DNA of 60,475 nucleotides, from the NCBI GenBank assembly GCA_947624235.1, contig CANQJK010000002.1, forward strand, positions 1-60,475. The letters are read 5' to 3'. This DNA comes from an uncultured Clostridia bacterium (GTDB lineage: Bacteria > Bacillota > Clostridia > Christensenellales > CAG-314). Positions 1 to 9,495 of the stretch are shown here, in pieces; position 1 is the first letter of the stretch, and every line of letters begins with the position of its first letter. Position numbers and translations under genes: made by a program. Under the pieces are notes generated by a model. That model did not search any database. It was not told the DNA's origin and worked only from the letters and a program-made list of their open reading frames with translations.

Positions 1-4
1 TTCG

Positions 5-31
5 CCACAAAACACAATATATTGTGGTTTT
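5..31 (+). terminator. Putative intrinsic terminator of a gene lying upstream of the window
   Basis: Hairpin ccacaa(5-10)/ttgtgg(22-27) followed by tttt(28-31). Confidence 0.45.
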
Positions 32-42
32 CTTGCGGTGTA

Positions 43-370
43 CTTCGGCTCCGAATCCCGTCTCCCGCTCCAAGAAATACCCGAACATTGTGTTCGGGCA
101 TTTCTCTCATTTTATCGCTTTGTATGGTGTCAGGTTGTAAATCCGAGGGTAATTCTTTTATGCTGGGGATTCGGCCCCGCGGAGAGCGCGGGTATAAAAC
201 AGAACCCCGTCTCCCGCTCCAAGAAATACCCGAACATTGCGTTCGGGAATTTCTCTCATTTTATCGCTTTGTATGGCGTCAGGTTGCAAATCCGAGGGTA
301 ATTCTTTTATGCGGGGATTCGGCCCCGCGGAGAGCGCGGGCATAAACCCGAACCAGTCTCTCGCTCAAAA
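43..370 (+). repeat. Family-A tandem repeat, 149-nt period: decayed fragment (43-56), full units 57-205 and 206-353, and the first ~18 nt of a third unit (353-370)
   Basis: Aligning 57-205 with 206-353 by eye gives 7 substitutions plus one 1-nt indel. Each unit has the hairpin cccgaac/gttcggg (80-86/92-98 and 229-235/241-247). Each unit also has two mutually exclusive GC hairpins (162-180 vs 176-192; 311-328 vs 324-340). Confidence 0.9.
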
Positions 371-445
371 CCGTTTTTAGGGCGCAATTTCGTTGTTTTG
401 GCGTAAAAGATTGCAATAATTTTCCTTTTACGATAAAATAAAAAT

Positions 446-964
446 ATGTATGTTGAATTGCACACGGCGCGACTTGTGTTGCGCCCGATAGGATCGGACG
501 ACTTCAAAACCGCGCATAAATATGCGACGGATCCCGATGTAACAAAATATATGCTGTTTTTGCCCGCCAAAACCGAAGCCGACACGCTCAAATTTTTGTT
601 GTTTGCAGAAAGCGAATGGAAAAAGGCAAAGCCCGACGATTACGAGTTTGCAATTTGTTGTGACGGTGTGCACATAGGCGGGATCGACCTTGTGCATATA
701 GGCGATGATGTATATGAAATAGGTTGGATCATAGACAAACCCTATCAGGGTAAAGGCTTTTGCACAGAGTCGGCAAAAGAGGTGGTGCGTTTCGCCCAAA
801 AATCAGGCGCAAAAAAGATAATTGCGCAGTGCGATTGGCGCAATCATGCCAGCTATCACGTTATGGAAAAATTGGGAATGGTTCGCACGGAAATCGGAAA
901 ACGCACCTATCGCGACGGTCGCGGAAGGGCAAAGGAATACACTTATACGCTTTACATATGTTGA
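446..964 (+). CDS. GNAT family N-acetyltransferase (RimJ/RimL-like)
   Basis: 172 aa. N-terminus 'ARLVLRPIGSDDF' and the acetyl-CoA pocket-like 'YQGKGFCTESAKEVVRFA' are typical of RimJ/RimL-type GNATs. The stop overlaps the next start (atgttga). Confidence 0.85.
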   Translation: MYVELHTARLVLRPIGSDDFKTAHKYATDPDVTKYMLFLPAKTEADTLKFLLFAESEWKKAKPDDYEFAICCDGVHIGGIDLVHIGDDVYEIGWIIDKPYQGKGFCTESAKEVVRFAQKSGAKKIIAQCDWRNHASYHVMEKLGMVRTEIGKRTYRDGRGRAKEYTYTLYIC

Positions 965-1677
965 AAAAACCATTCAACACAACGGAGAAAATTTTGAAAT
1001 ACGATACATTGCTTTTTGACATAGACAATACTGTTTTGGACTTTGACAAGTCGGAAGAGCAGGCGTTGCGCCTCGCTTTTCGTGATACGGGGTTGGAATT
1101 TTCACAGAATGCACTAAATGTTTATCGACGCAATAACATCGCTCAATGGCGTTTGTTCGAGTCGGGAATTATTACTAAAAGCCAAGTTCTTGTCAACAGG
1201 TTTACGGAAACATTCAAAGAACTCGATTTGCCCGACGCATTAGTCGTTGAAATGTCCGATCTGTACGAACGGTATTTGATGTCGGGATTTTTTGTTGTAC
1301 CTCATGCGGAAGAGGTACTGCAACAAATACGGAAGGATCGCAGACTTTATGCCGTAAGTAACGGCGTCGTTCAAATTCAAAACAGCAGAATGAAAGGTAG
1401 CGGATTGGAAAAGTACTTTGACGCGCGTTTCGTTTCGGAGGAGGTCGGGTTTCCCAAGCCTCAAAAACAGTACTTCGATTACTGTTTTGAGCATATCGGC
1501 ATAAAGGATATGTCGAGGGTTTTGATAGTGGGAGACAGCCTCACAAGCGATATACGAGGCGGTATAAACGCGGGTATAGATACTTGTTGGTTCAACCCGT
1601 CTCACAGCGTAAACGACACCGAAAATGTCCCTACTTACGAAATTGACGACTTGCGCCAACTTTTGACGATAGTGTAG
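958..1677 (+). CDS. HAD-IA family hydrolase (YjjG-like nucleotidase/phosphatase)
   Basis: HAD motif I 'LLFDIDNTVLDF' and motif IV 'IVGDSLTSDIRGGINAG'. The start is set at the internal ATG 958, because the longer ORF from 760 overlaps the GNAT gene. Confidence 0.85.
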   Translation: MLKKPFNTTEKILKYDTLLFDIDNTVLDFDKSEEQALRLAFRDTGLEFSQNALNVYRRNNIAQWRLFESGIITKSQVLVNRFTETFKELDLPDALVVEMSDLYERYLMSGFFVVPHAEEVLQQIRKDRRLYAVSNGVVQIQNSRMKGSGLEKYFDARFVSEEVGFPKPQKQYFDYCFEHIGIKDMSRVLIVGDSLTSDIRGGINAGIDTCWFNPSHSVNDTENVPTYEIDDLRQLLTIV

Positions 1678-1887
1678 ACATTCTTTTATCCCGTTGCTTG
1701 CACCTGTTTGTTATATCACCGATAAAAGGCAAGAGATACAATTGTTTTGTGGAAATGTTTGACATTTTTCTTAAACACAAAGGTCTACTGCATAACGAAA
1801 AAAGACTCTAAAATTACTGCTATACATAAACGGGCTGTCGCAATGATCGCATAAACGATAAAAAAATGAATAATTATACAAAAAAAG

Positions 1888-1921
1888 CGACTTGAAATCA
1901 ATATTTTCAAGCCGATTTTTT
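1888..1921. terminator. Bidirectional intrinsic terminator between the convergent HAD and rdgB genes
   Basis: Stem cttgaaa(1891-1897)/tttcaag(1905-1911), with an A-run upstream (1881-1886) and a T-run downstream (1916-1921). Confidence 0.6.
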
Positions 1922-2026
1922 AATCTCATTTTGTAAAAAAATGTTTAATGCGACAGCCCTTTTCAATAGCTATTTGCGTACAAATTTTTATGGGACTGCG
2001 CCCGGTTTGGTTGCAAAATTTTGCAG

Positions 2027-2599
2027 TTAGTTCAACTTGCTCAGCAAGTCTTTGAGCGCACGGCTTCGGTGACTCACGGATAGTTTCTCCTCGGTTGAAG
2101 CATTTGCAAACGACTTGCCCAATTCCTTGGAGTAAAAAATGCAGTCGTAGCCAAAGCCGTTGTCGCCTTGTTCATCGTCGAGAATGTAGCCTTCAACTCG
2201 TCCTTTACCGAATACCTCTTTGCCGTCGGGGTAGCGAAGCACGACAACACATTCAAAATAGGCGGATCTGTCCTTTATCCCCTGCATTTCGCTCAGTAGC
2301 TTCTGCCTGTTTGAAAGGCTATTGTGCGAACTTGCGTAACGTGCGGAATAGATACCCGGTTTACCGTCCAAAGCATTGACGCATAAGCCTGTGTCGTCTG
2401 CAAGAACCGCCAAGTTTGTCAGTTTTGCCGTGGCGCGTGCTTTGATCAGGGCGTTTTCTTCGAAAGTTTTGCCTGTTTCTTCGGGTTCACATTCGATATG
2501 TTCTTCGCCAAGAGAAGTGATATCGTCAAAATGCTCGTTGAGTATCGCTTTTATTTCTTCGATCTTGTGTTCATTATTGCTCGCTATCAGCAGTTTCAT
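2027..2599 (-). CDS. rdgB: Non-canonical purine NTP (dITP/XTP) pyrophosphatase RdgB/HAM1
   Basis: 190 aa. 'MKLLIASNNEHKIEEI', 'DDTGLCVNALDGKPGIYSARY', 'GDNGFGYDCIF' and 'SHRSRA' match the RdgB family signature blocks. Confidence 0.9.
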   Translation of the reverse strand: MKLLIASNNEHKIEEIKAILNEHFDDITSLGEEHIECEPEETGKTFEENALIKARATAKLTNLAVLADDTGLCVNALDGKPGIYSARYASSHNSLSNRQKLLSEMQGIKDRSAYFECVVVLRYPDGKEVFGKGRVEGYILDDEQGDNGFGYDCIFYSKELGKSFANASTEEKLSVSHRSRALKDLLSKLN

Positions 2600-3041
2600 C
2601 TTTTTTGTTCTCGTAAAATATGATATTGGGATTTAGGGAAATCAGTTCCTTTTTGAACTGTTCATACCGCTTGGGGCTTATAGCGACAAGCGCGATCACG
2701 GGATCGGGACCTTTCCAAAGGTAACTGATGTACAATTTGTCGTCGTCAATTACAATATTGAGAATTTTGTCGATTCGGATACGATTGCTGAGCATATCCA
2801 CAAAGGCAATATTCAGGTGGACAAAGGTCGTGTCTATCTTGTAGTGAATGGTTGCAAGCAACAAAGATACAAGCAAGGTCAAGGAGAATACGCTCACCAA
2901 AAGTATTGCTTGTCCGTTGGATATTTCTATGTGTACGCCACATAGCGCCAATATACCCAAAATTACTGCTAAAATACTGATAGTTATAATTATCCACAAA
3001 AATATTTTGATTGTAAGTGTTGACTGAAATTGAAATCTCAT
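2574..3041 (-). CDS. Hypothetical small membrane protein
   Basis: 155 aa with two N-terminal hydrophobic helices and a charged C-terminal half. It overlaps the rdgB start by 26 nt. I recognise no family. Confidence 0.5.
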   Translation of the reverse strand: MRFQFQSTLTIKIFLWIIITISILAVILGILALCGVHIEISNGQAILLVSVFSLTLLVSLLLATIHYKIDTTFVHLNIAFVDMLSNRIRIDKILNIVIDDDKLYISYLWKGPDPVIALVAISPKRYEQFKKELISLNPNIIFYENKKDETADSEQ

Positions 3042-3125
3042 ATTTATAGTATAGCAAAAATTGAGTAGTATGTAAACGCTTTTATAAAAGCTTGTTGTTT
3101 GCTATCATAAATTAAGGAGTAATAT

Positions 3126-4121
3126 TTGACTATTCTCGACTTCGACGCGTTGGAAAGAAATGTGCGTTTTTTTAGAAACAGGATAAGTGAGGACGTGCGT
3201 TTGTGCGCCGTCATAAAAAACAACGCTTACGGTCACGGAGCGATACACGTTGCAACGCGCCTAAAACCCATTGTGGATATGTTTGCGGTCGGCAGTGCAG
3301 AGGAAGCGGAGCAAATTTCTTTTCTCGGCAAAAAAACGCTTGTATTGTTACCGCAAACGTTGAACAACACAGCGCGTGTGGCGGAAGCGGGTGCGTCCTT
3401 GACTGTGGACAGTTTCGAAACGTTAAAAAAGGTGATTTTTGTCGCGCAAAAAATGCACAAAAACGTAAACGTGCACATCAAAATCGACAGCGGTATGTCG
3501 CGACTGGGCTTTACTGAGGAGCAGATCCCGTCTTTGATCGAACAGTTGAAAAATTCTCCCTTGCTCGTGGAAGGCATTTTTTCTCACTTTTGGGGCGAGA
3601 CGGAGGAGGCGTGCGACGAACAGTTGCAATACTTTGAAAAATGCGTTGAAATGCTCAAATCGCATTTTCCCAACACAATTTGTCACATTGCCAATACCAA
3701 AGCGACGTTGATTTCTTCGAAATACCATTTGGACATGGTGCGCGTAGGGTTGGGGTTGTACGGCTATGGAGACGAAGAGTTGCAACCTGTAAAAACAGTT
3801 TGCGCGGACGTGATATCTGTAAAAAACGTAAAGGCGAACTGCTCAGTCGGGTACGGCGCCATATACAGACCGAAAAGATCCACTCGAATTGCTGTGCTCA
3901 ACACAGGGTACGCATTGGGGCTTCCGCGTGTTCTTATCGGGGCGAAGGTGCGCATAGGCGAAAATATTTTCCCCATTGTGGCAATATGTATGGCAATGAC
4001 GATGTTGGATATAGGCGACGCGGACATACATGTAGGAGATAGGGCGATTCTGCTCGGACGGGATGTGGATATTTCTTCACGAGACGTTATTGTTTACGAA
4101 TTGTTGTGTAATTTGAAATAA
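3126..4121 (+). CDS. alr: Alanine racemase (short form)
   Basis: PLP-lysine motif 'AVIKNNAYGHG', and 'RVGLGLYGYG' in the C-terminal domain. TTG start 8 nt after aaggag. At 331 aa it is slightly shorter than typical Alr. Confidence 0.8.
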   Translation: MTILDFDALERNVRFFRNRISEDVRLCAVIKNNAYGHGAIHVATRLKPIVDMFAVGSAEEAEQISFLGKKTLVLLPQTLNNTARVAEAGASLTVDSFETLKKVIFVAQKMHKNVNVHIKIDSGMSRLGFTEEQIPSLIEQLKNSPLLVEGIFSHFWGETEEACDEQLQYFEKCVEMLKSHFPNTICHIANTKATLISSKYHLDMVRVGLGLYGYGDEELQPVKTVCADVISVKNVKANCSVGYGAIYRPKRSTRIAVLNTGYALGLPRVLIGAKVRIGENIFPIVAICMAMTMLDIGDADIHVGDRAILLGRDVDISSRDVIVYELLCNLK

Positions 4122-4139
4122 TGTTGTAAAATATAGCTT

Positions 4140-4679
4140 ATGAGAGTGATTACGGGAAAATACAAAGGACGAAACCTGATTGCGCCTAAAAATTCGTCGC
4201 GTCCCACCTTGGACAGAATGAAAGAGACGTTATTCAACATTTTGAGCGCAAAAACGGTCGGCGCAAAGGTGTTGGACTTGTTTGCGGGATCGGGACAGAT
4301 CGCAATAGAATGTTTGAGCAGAGGAGCCGAGAGCGCGATTTTGTGCGATAACAGCAAGGACGCGTTGGACGCTATTTGTGCCAACTTCGACAAAATAGGT
4401 GTTGTTCCGCAGGTAATGTTTTGCGATTTCAGAGATTGCCTCAGTCGCATAAAGTACCCTTTGGATATAATTTTTGTTGATCCTCCGTTCAAATCGCATT
4501 TTTATCAAGAAGTTTTGACTCTTGTGGATAGATACGGATCATTGAGCGAGGACGGTTGGGTAATTTGCGAACATTCTGCCGATGACGAACTTGCGGAATT
4601 TGTCGGAGAATTGGAACGTTTCGACTGTCGCAAGATAGGATCGGTGAAATTCAGTTTTTATAAGCGGAGGGATATATGA
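4140..4679 (+). CDS. rsmD: 16S rRNA (guanine966-N2)-methyltransferase
   Basis: 'GRNLIAPKNSSRPTLDRMKETLFNIL', SAM motif 'LDLFAGSGQIAIECLSRGA', and 'FVDPPF'. Synteny with coaD. Confidence 0.9.
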   Translation: MRVITGKYKGRNLIAPKNSSRPTLDRMKETLFNILSAKTVGAKVLDLFAGSGQIAIECLSRGAESAILCDNSKDALDAICANFDKIGVVPQVMFCDFRDCLSRIKYPLDIIFVDPPFKSHFYQEVLTLVDRYGSLSEDGWVICEHSADDELAEFVGELERFDCRKIGSVKFSFYKRRDI

Positions 4680-5152
4680 GAATAGGAGTTTATGCAGGAT
4701 CCTTTTGTCCTATAACAAAAGGGCATGTTGACGCAATAGAAAAGGCGTCGCGATTGGTGGACAAGCTGTACGTCGTCGTGGGCGTCAACGCAGACAAGAA
4801 ATATGTTATTCCCGACGAAGTGCGCTTAAATACCGTAAGCAAGGCAATTGCGCACATATCCAATGCGGAGGCAGTTTTCTGGAACGGTATGATGACGCAA
4901 TTTTGCGAGAAAGTTAACGCAACGGTCATGATAAAATCTATTCGCAATGCTCTCGATCTGCAATCGGTGATAGATTTTAACGACATAAACGAGAGTTATT
5001 GGAAAGGCGAAACGGTTTTTGTGGTGGGCAACAAACAATACAGGCATATATCCGCCTCACTTGTACGAGAATTGGCGGGATTAGGTCAAGATTTTTCAGA
5101 GTTGGTGCCCGCATGTTGTGCGGATGAAATCAAAAAATATCTTGTAAGGTAA
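4676..5152 (+). CDS. coaD: Phosphopantetheine adenylyltransferase
   Basis: 'YAGSFCPITKGHVD' (the T/HxGH nucleotidyltransferase motif) and 'ISASLVRE'. ATGA overlap with rsmD. Confidence 0.92.
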   Translation: MRIGVYAGSFCPITKGHVDAIEKASRLVDKLYVVVGVNADKKYVIPDEVRLNTVSKAIAHISNAEAVFWNGMMTQFCEKVNATVMIKSIRNALDLQSVIDFNDINESYWKGETVFVVGNKQYRHISASLVRELAGLGQDFSELVPACCADEIKKYLVR

Positions 5153-5157
5153 AACTT

Positions 5158-6138
5158 ATGTTTGAAAAGAATTTCTTGCGATCGGCATCGGAATACAAAG
5201 CGATCGCGCCCATGGGCGATCTGCAAAACGTAAAGCGGAGTTTTGACAGGACGCTCAAAGACAATTTTAACACGAGGCAACGTTTTGTCGTGGTTTGCGG
5301 ACCGTGTTCTGCCGATGATCCCACGGCAATGGAACAATATCTGAGAAAATTGAAGAGAGTATCGGATAAGTGCGATAATCTATTGTTGGTAGCGCGAATT
5401 TACACTTCGAAACCGCACTCTAACGGTGTAGGTTACAAAGGTTCCGCTTTTCACTTGCACACTGTGGAGAATATAAATATCGACGAAGGCATTCTTCGTT
5501 GTCGCAAGATGATGTTGAAGTGTTTGGAAATAGGTTTGCCTGTTGCCGACGAATTGCTGTATCCGTATCTGTACGAGTGTTTTGACGATCTTGCATCCTA
5601 TTGGTTTGTGGGCGCACGCAGTTCCGAGGACAGTCTGCACAGGGATATCGCCTCTGGTTTGGACGTGTGTTGCGGTGTAAAAAATGCCACAGACGGAAAT
5701 ATCGATAAGGTCGTTGACTCTCTTTTTGCGGTCAGCAATCCGTGCGTATTTCCCTACAACGGCGCAGAAGTGCACACTAACGGAAACAAGTTTGCTCATA
5801 TTGTGCTTCGCGGTGGGCAATCAAACGGATTTTTTACTTCCAACATAACCCCATTTCATATCAAAAAAGCCAAAGCGAGTTTGCGCGAAAAAGGACTAAA
5901 TGACTTTGTTATGGCGGATCTTAATCATGCAAATAGCGGAAAAATCGCAACTAATCAAACGCAAAACGCTCAAATTGCAATGGAAGCGGGCGTAGACGGA
6001 ATAATGGTGGAAAGTTATTTGTACGAAGGGGAACGATCGGATAAATTCGGCGTTTCTCAGACAGACGACTGTATCGGTTTCGATACGACAGAAAAACTTC
6101 TTTTGCAGTTGAATAAAGATTGCGATAACAGACGATAA
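5158..6138 (+). CDS. 3-deoxy-7-phosphoheptulonate (DAHP) synthase, class I (AroF/G/H-like)
   Basis: 'VVVCGPCSADD' (cf. GPCSIHD) and 'ARIYTSKPHSNGVGYKG' (cf. RVYFEKPRTTVGWKG). Confidence 0.8.
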   Translation: MFEKNFLRSASEYKAIAPMGDLQNVKRSFDRTLKDNFNTRQRFVVVCGPCSADDPTAMEQYLRKLKRVSDKCDNLLLVARIYTSKPHSNGVGYKGSAFHLHTVENINIDEGILRCRKMMLKCLEIGLPVADELLYPYLYECFDDLASYWFVGARSSEDSLHRDIASGLDVCCGVKNATDGNIDKVVDSLFAVSNPCVFPYNGAEVHTNGNKFAHIVLRGGQSNGFFTSNITPFHIKKAKASLREKGLNDFVMADLNHANSGKIATNQTQNAQIAMEAGVDGIMVESYLYEGERSDKFGVSQTDDCIGFDTTEKLLLQLNKDCDNRR

Positions 6139-6173
6139 AGTGATGATCGGGTAAATGCGTCGTTAAACGCACT

Positions 6174-7061
6174 TTATAGCAACAATTTGGCTAAACAAAA
6201 ACTGACGATGGTGGCAATTGCCGATTGCGTCAGTTTCATTTTTATTACATTTATTGCATTTATCTTCTTTTTACCCAAAAAAGCGTAACACTGAAAGAAC
6301 ACGCACATACCGCCCAAAGCCAGCAATCCGCTACAAAGAATTGTCGCAGTGATAAGATCCGCCGACTTGCATATTGCAAAAACGCCGTTTGTCATTTCCA
6401 AAATGCCGATAGCATAGGCAATGGGCAGACTGTCGGCTATGGTTTGGGGCAAAAAACTTTTCAGCATATCTGAGAACATATAAAAAAGCGCTATCAGTCC
6501 GCCCACGGATAGAACGGACAAGACCGAACTTGTCAAAGTGTTGCCGAGATCTTCTGCGACCAATTTGTCGCTGTTACGATCCAAAACTATTTGTTCTCTT
6601 CGTCTGTAAATAAATCCGTTTATAATGGCGGACAGAAAGTGAGAAAAAACAACTATCGCGGTTGCAACGGAGTTTTGCAATAGTTTGGCGCCAACCGTTG
6701 CGATCATAAATATAGGTCCTGCGGTGGAGCAAAAGGCGCACATTCTTGTCGCGGTATCGACGTCGGCATTACTGTCCGAAATTGCCTTTGCGCCCATGGG
6801 ATACCCGCAAAGCAGTGCGGTGGCAAATTCCTTGTCGCAAGCAATTCCGAATAGCGACTTCGTCAAAGAATATTTGTGACGCGGTACAATTTTTAATGCG
6901 ATAGCAGATAAAACGGCAAACGGAAAAAGAGCAGGTAAAACGTTATACGCCCAGACTGTAAGACCGTCAAAAAAACTTTGCATATATCTTGTCGGCTCTG
7001 CGATAAATATACCCAAAACCGCACCGAAAACAATAAGTACGATAATTTTGAAATACTTCAC
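6174..7061 (-). CDS. ylbJ: YlbJ-like polytopic membrane protein (nucleoside-recognition/Gate-type)
   Basis: 295 aa with many TM helices. Its position in the ylb cluster next to coaD and tmcAL matches B. subtilis ylbJ. It is shorter than B. subtilis YlbJ. Confidence 0.6.
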   Translation of the reverse strand: MKYFKIIVLIVFGAVLGIFIAEPTRYMQSFFDGLTVWAYNVLPALFPFAVLSAIALKIVPRHKYSLTKSLFGIACDKEFATALLCGYPMGAKAISDSNADVDTATRMCAFCSTAGPIFMIATVGAKLLQNSVATAIVVFSHFLSAIINGFIYRRREQIVLDRNSDKLVAEDLGNTLTSSVLSVLSVGGLIALFYMFSDMLKSFLPQTIADSLPIAYAIGILEMTNGVFAICKSADLITATILCSGLLALGGMCVFFQCYAFLGKKKINAINVIKMKLTQSAIATIVSFCLAKLLL

Positions 7062-7241
7062 GCAATATTATACTTTGTCGTTGGGGCAACTTATGTTTAT
7101 GCGCTTATATTGATCTACTTGAAATATATTTTAATTCGGTATAAAACCCTTTGTTTGCTGAAAATGGGGATTTTATAAAATACTATTACACGCATAGTAT
7201 CGTGAAAAATAACAAAAATACATCAAAATTGCAACGTTTAG

Positions 7242-8303
7242 TCAATCGACAACAAGAAAACCCGACGAAGAAGTTTTTCCCAGCGTGGCATACAGCCTAT
7301 CCGCGCGTTCGGTGATCACGTCAATTTTTTTGTCTGTTAATGCAAGCAGACTTGCCGACGTCGATCTTACCGCAAGGGGATTGACGTTTGGAACCATGGA
7401 CAAGTTTTCTTTTGCGACGTCGCGCGTGATATCCAAAACGCAATTCAAAACGATACGCTGAATTTTCATCCAAGTGTATCTTTTGGTTTTGATAGATTCG
7501 ATCATGCGGTCGTAACCGTGCGCTTTGTCGCAGTTGTAGATGCGGTTGTGCAGTCCTTCGCTTACGCCTTCGATTTTTTCCAGTTTATTCTTTGACGCAA
7601 TCGCAACAAAAGAAGTGGCGATATTTTTGTAATTTTGTTCCGTTTCCCAATCGATGTCATCGAGTACATAGTCGAAAGAATATTCGTCAAATAACGATTT
7701 GTTCGAACGTAAAATTGCGGAGGAAGCAAATTGTTGTGCTTTGTCTCCGTTAAAGTTGTCCTCTCTTTGCAACGTGACGGGAATGATTGCGCTTTTGATC
7801 TTTTTTAGCGCATGCAAATATTCCACTGCCAAAACATTGTTTGGTTTGCTCAAAATGTCCGATCCCGTTGCCAATGCAACGGCTTTGGGATAACTTACCC
7901 CTGTCGAAACAATTTCTTTTATCCGGTTGTTGGTTTGTTCGCTGTCGATTTCTTCGGCACAGCGTTTGATGATCTCGATATCTCCGCATTCGCTACCGAA
8001 AACAAGAAAATCAGCTCCCAGTTTATCTGCAATTTTTACTCCGCCCAATGCAAAATTTTCCGCGGGAGAAGTGGCAAAAAGGGTGGGAAGTTCCACGACG
8101 AGATCGGCTCCCGCAAGGATAGCATGTTTTGCGCGCGCATATTTGTCGGCGCAGGCAGGCAATCCCCTTTGCGTAAAATTTCCGCTCATTATGCACACGA
8201 CGTTATCCGCCAAACTCTTGGCAAAGTCTATCAGTCGTTTGTGTCCCGTGTGCAGAGGATTAAATTCGCATATTATCGTTGCTAATTTCTTTTTGTTTTC
8301 CAT
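7242..8303 (-). CDS. tmcAL: tRNA(Met) cytidine acetate ligase (YlbM/UPF0348 nucleotidyltransferase)
   Basis: N-terminal 'ICEFNPLHTGHKRLI' HxGH-type motif, 353 aa, and ylb-cluster synteny. Confidence 0.85.
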   Translation of the reverse strand: MENKKKLATIICEFNPLHTGHKRLIDFAKSLADNVVCIMSGNFTQRGLPACADKYARAKHAILAGADLVVELPTLFATSPAENFALGGVKIADKLGADFLVFGSECGDIEIIKRCAEEIDSEQTNNRIKEIVSTGVSYPKAVALATGSDILSKPNNVLAVEYLHALKKIKSAIIPVTLQREDNFNGDKAQQFASSAILRSNKSLFDEYSFDYVLDDIDWETEQNYKNIATSFVAIASKNKLEKIEGVSEGLHNRIYNCDKAHGYDRMIESIKTKRYTWMKIQRIVLNCVLDITRDVAKENLSMVPNVNPLAVRSTSASLLALTDKKIDVITERADRLYATLGKTSSSGFLVVD

Positions 8304-8451
8304 TGATCAGGTTTTAGTTTACATAAATTACGAGTTATGGTATAATCGTTATCGGTATATTGTCTTTGGGTAAAGGACATTAAAAAAGCCCTTGCCGATA
8401 CATTATACACTAAATTACGGAATAAATAAAGCGTTTCAAAAGGAGATTGTT

Positions 8452-9447
8452 ATGAGCGTACTGGAACAAATCAAAAGCAAAGCGTCGAAACTGAACAAAA
8501 CGATTGTTCTTTGTGAAGGAGAGGACGGACGCGTGGTAAAAGCCGCGCAGATGGCAACAAAAGAAGGAATTGCCAAGATAGTGTTGTTGGGCGATCCCGA
8601 AGCGATCAAATCGGCAAATCCCGATGTCGATCTCAACGGCGTGAAGATCGTCGATCCTTGCACAAGCGACAAACTTCCCGCGTACATTGCCAAACTTGTG
8701 GAGTTGCGCGCGTCCAAGGGCATGACGGTCGAACAGGCGACCGAACTGTTGAAGGACAGCACATATTTCGGCGCTATGATGCTAAAAACGGGCGACGTGG
8801 ACGGACTTGTTTCCGGCGCTTGCCACTCCACAGCCAACACTTTGCGCCCCGGATTGCAGATCATCAAAACGGCGCCCGGCGTGTCGGCGGTTTCCAGTTT
8901 TAACCTTATGATTTGTCCGCCCCAAGGCAATCAATACTGTCCCGACGGGTTGGTGGTATTTGCCGATTGCGGTTTCAATCCCACCTATACGGCGGAAGGA
9001 CTTGCCGATTGCGCAATAACCACGGCACATTCTGCCAAGGCAATTGCAGGTATCGAACCGAAAGTGGCAATGCTTTCCTTCTCCTCCAAAGGAAGCGCAA
9101 AACACGACAACGTTACTTTGGTGCAGGAAGCAACGCGTATAGCAAAAGAAAAAGCTCCCGACCTCAAATTGGACGGCGAATTGCAATTCGACGCAGCAAT
9201 AGTGCCCTCGGTCGGAGAAATGAAGGCAAAAGGAAGTCCTGTTGCGGGACATGCAAACGTGTTTATCTTCCCCGATCTGCAAGCGGGCAATATCGGCTAT
9301 AAAATTGCCGAGCGTTTAGGCGGATTTATGGCTGTCGGTCCTATTTGTCAGGGTTTTGCAAAGCCCATGAACGATTTGTCTCGCGGATGCAATTCGGACG
9401 ATATCGTCGCCGCCGTGGCGATCACTGCGCTTCAAACCGAATTGTGA
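8452..9447 (+). CDS. pta: Phosphate acetyltransferase
   Basis: 'KTIVLCEGEDGRVVKAA', 'GLVSGACHSTA' and 'DLSRGCNSDDIV'. ATG 8452 is preceded by aggag. Followed by ackA. Confidence 0.92.
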   Translation: MSVLEQIKSKASKLNKTIVLCEGEDGRVVKAAQMATKEGIAKIVLLGDPEAIKSANPDVDLNGVKIVDPCTSDKLPAYIAKLVELRASKGMTVEQATELLKDSTYFGAMMLKTGDVDGLVSGACHSTANTLRPGLQIIKTAPGVSAVSSFNLMICPPQGNQYCPDGLVVFADCGFNPTYTAEGLADCAITTAHSAKAIAGIEPKVAMLSFSSKGSAKHDNVTLVQEATRIAKEKAPDLKLDGELQFDAAIVPSVGEMKAKGSPVAGHANVFIFPDLQAGNIGYKIAERLGGFMAVGPICQGFAKPMNDLSRGCNSDDIVAAVAITALQTEL

Positions 9448-9495
9448 TGCTAAAAGGCATATAATGCGGACAATTTTTGTAAAAAGGAGAAAAAC

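Noticed and set aside
22-345. The + strand ORFs 22-345 (107 aa) and 38-301 (87 aa), and the minus-strand ORFs 158-343 and 307-591.
   Set aside because: They are read-throughs of the 149-nt tandem repeat. The period is not divisible by 3, so the same DNA is 'translated' in different frames. There is no RBS, and the peptides are Arg/Pro/Cys-rich and implausible.
760-957. Long N-terminal extensions offered by the ORF track: HAD from 760, pta from 8392, rbgA from 20811, dxr from 44409, truB from 55742, tsf from 40208 and rseP from 45560.
   Set aside because: The extensions overlap the preceding gene in another frame and are Arg/Lys-rich junk. Internal ATGs with an SD or ATGA-type coupling give N-termini that match the conserved family starts.
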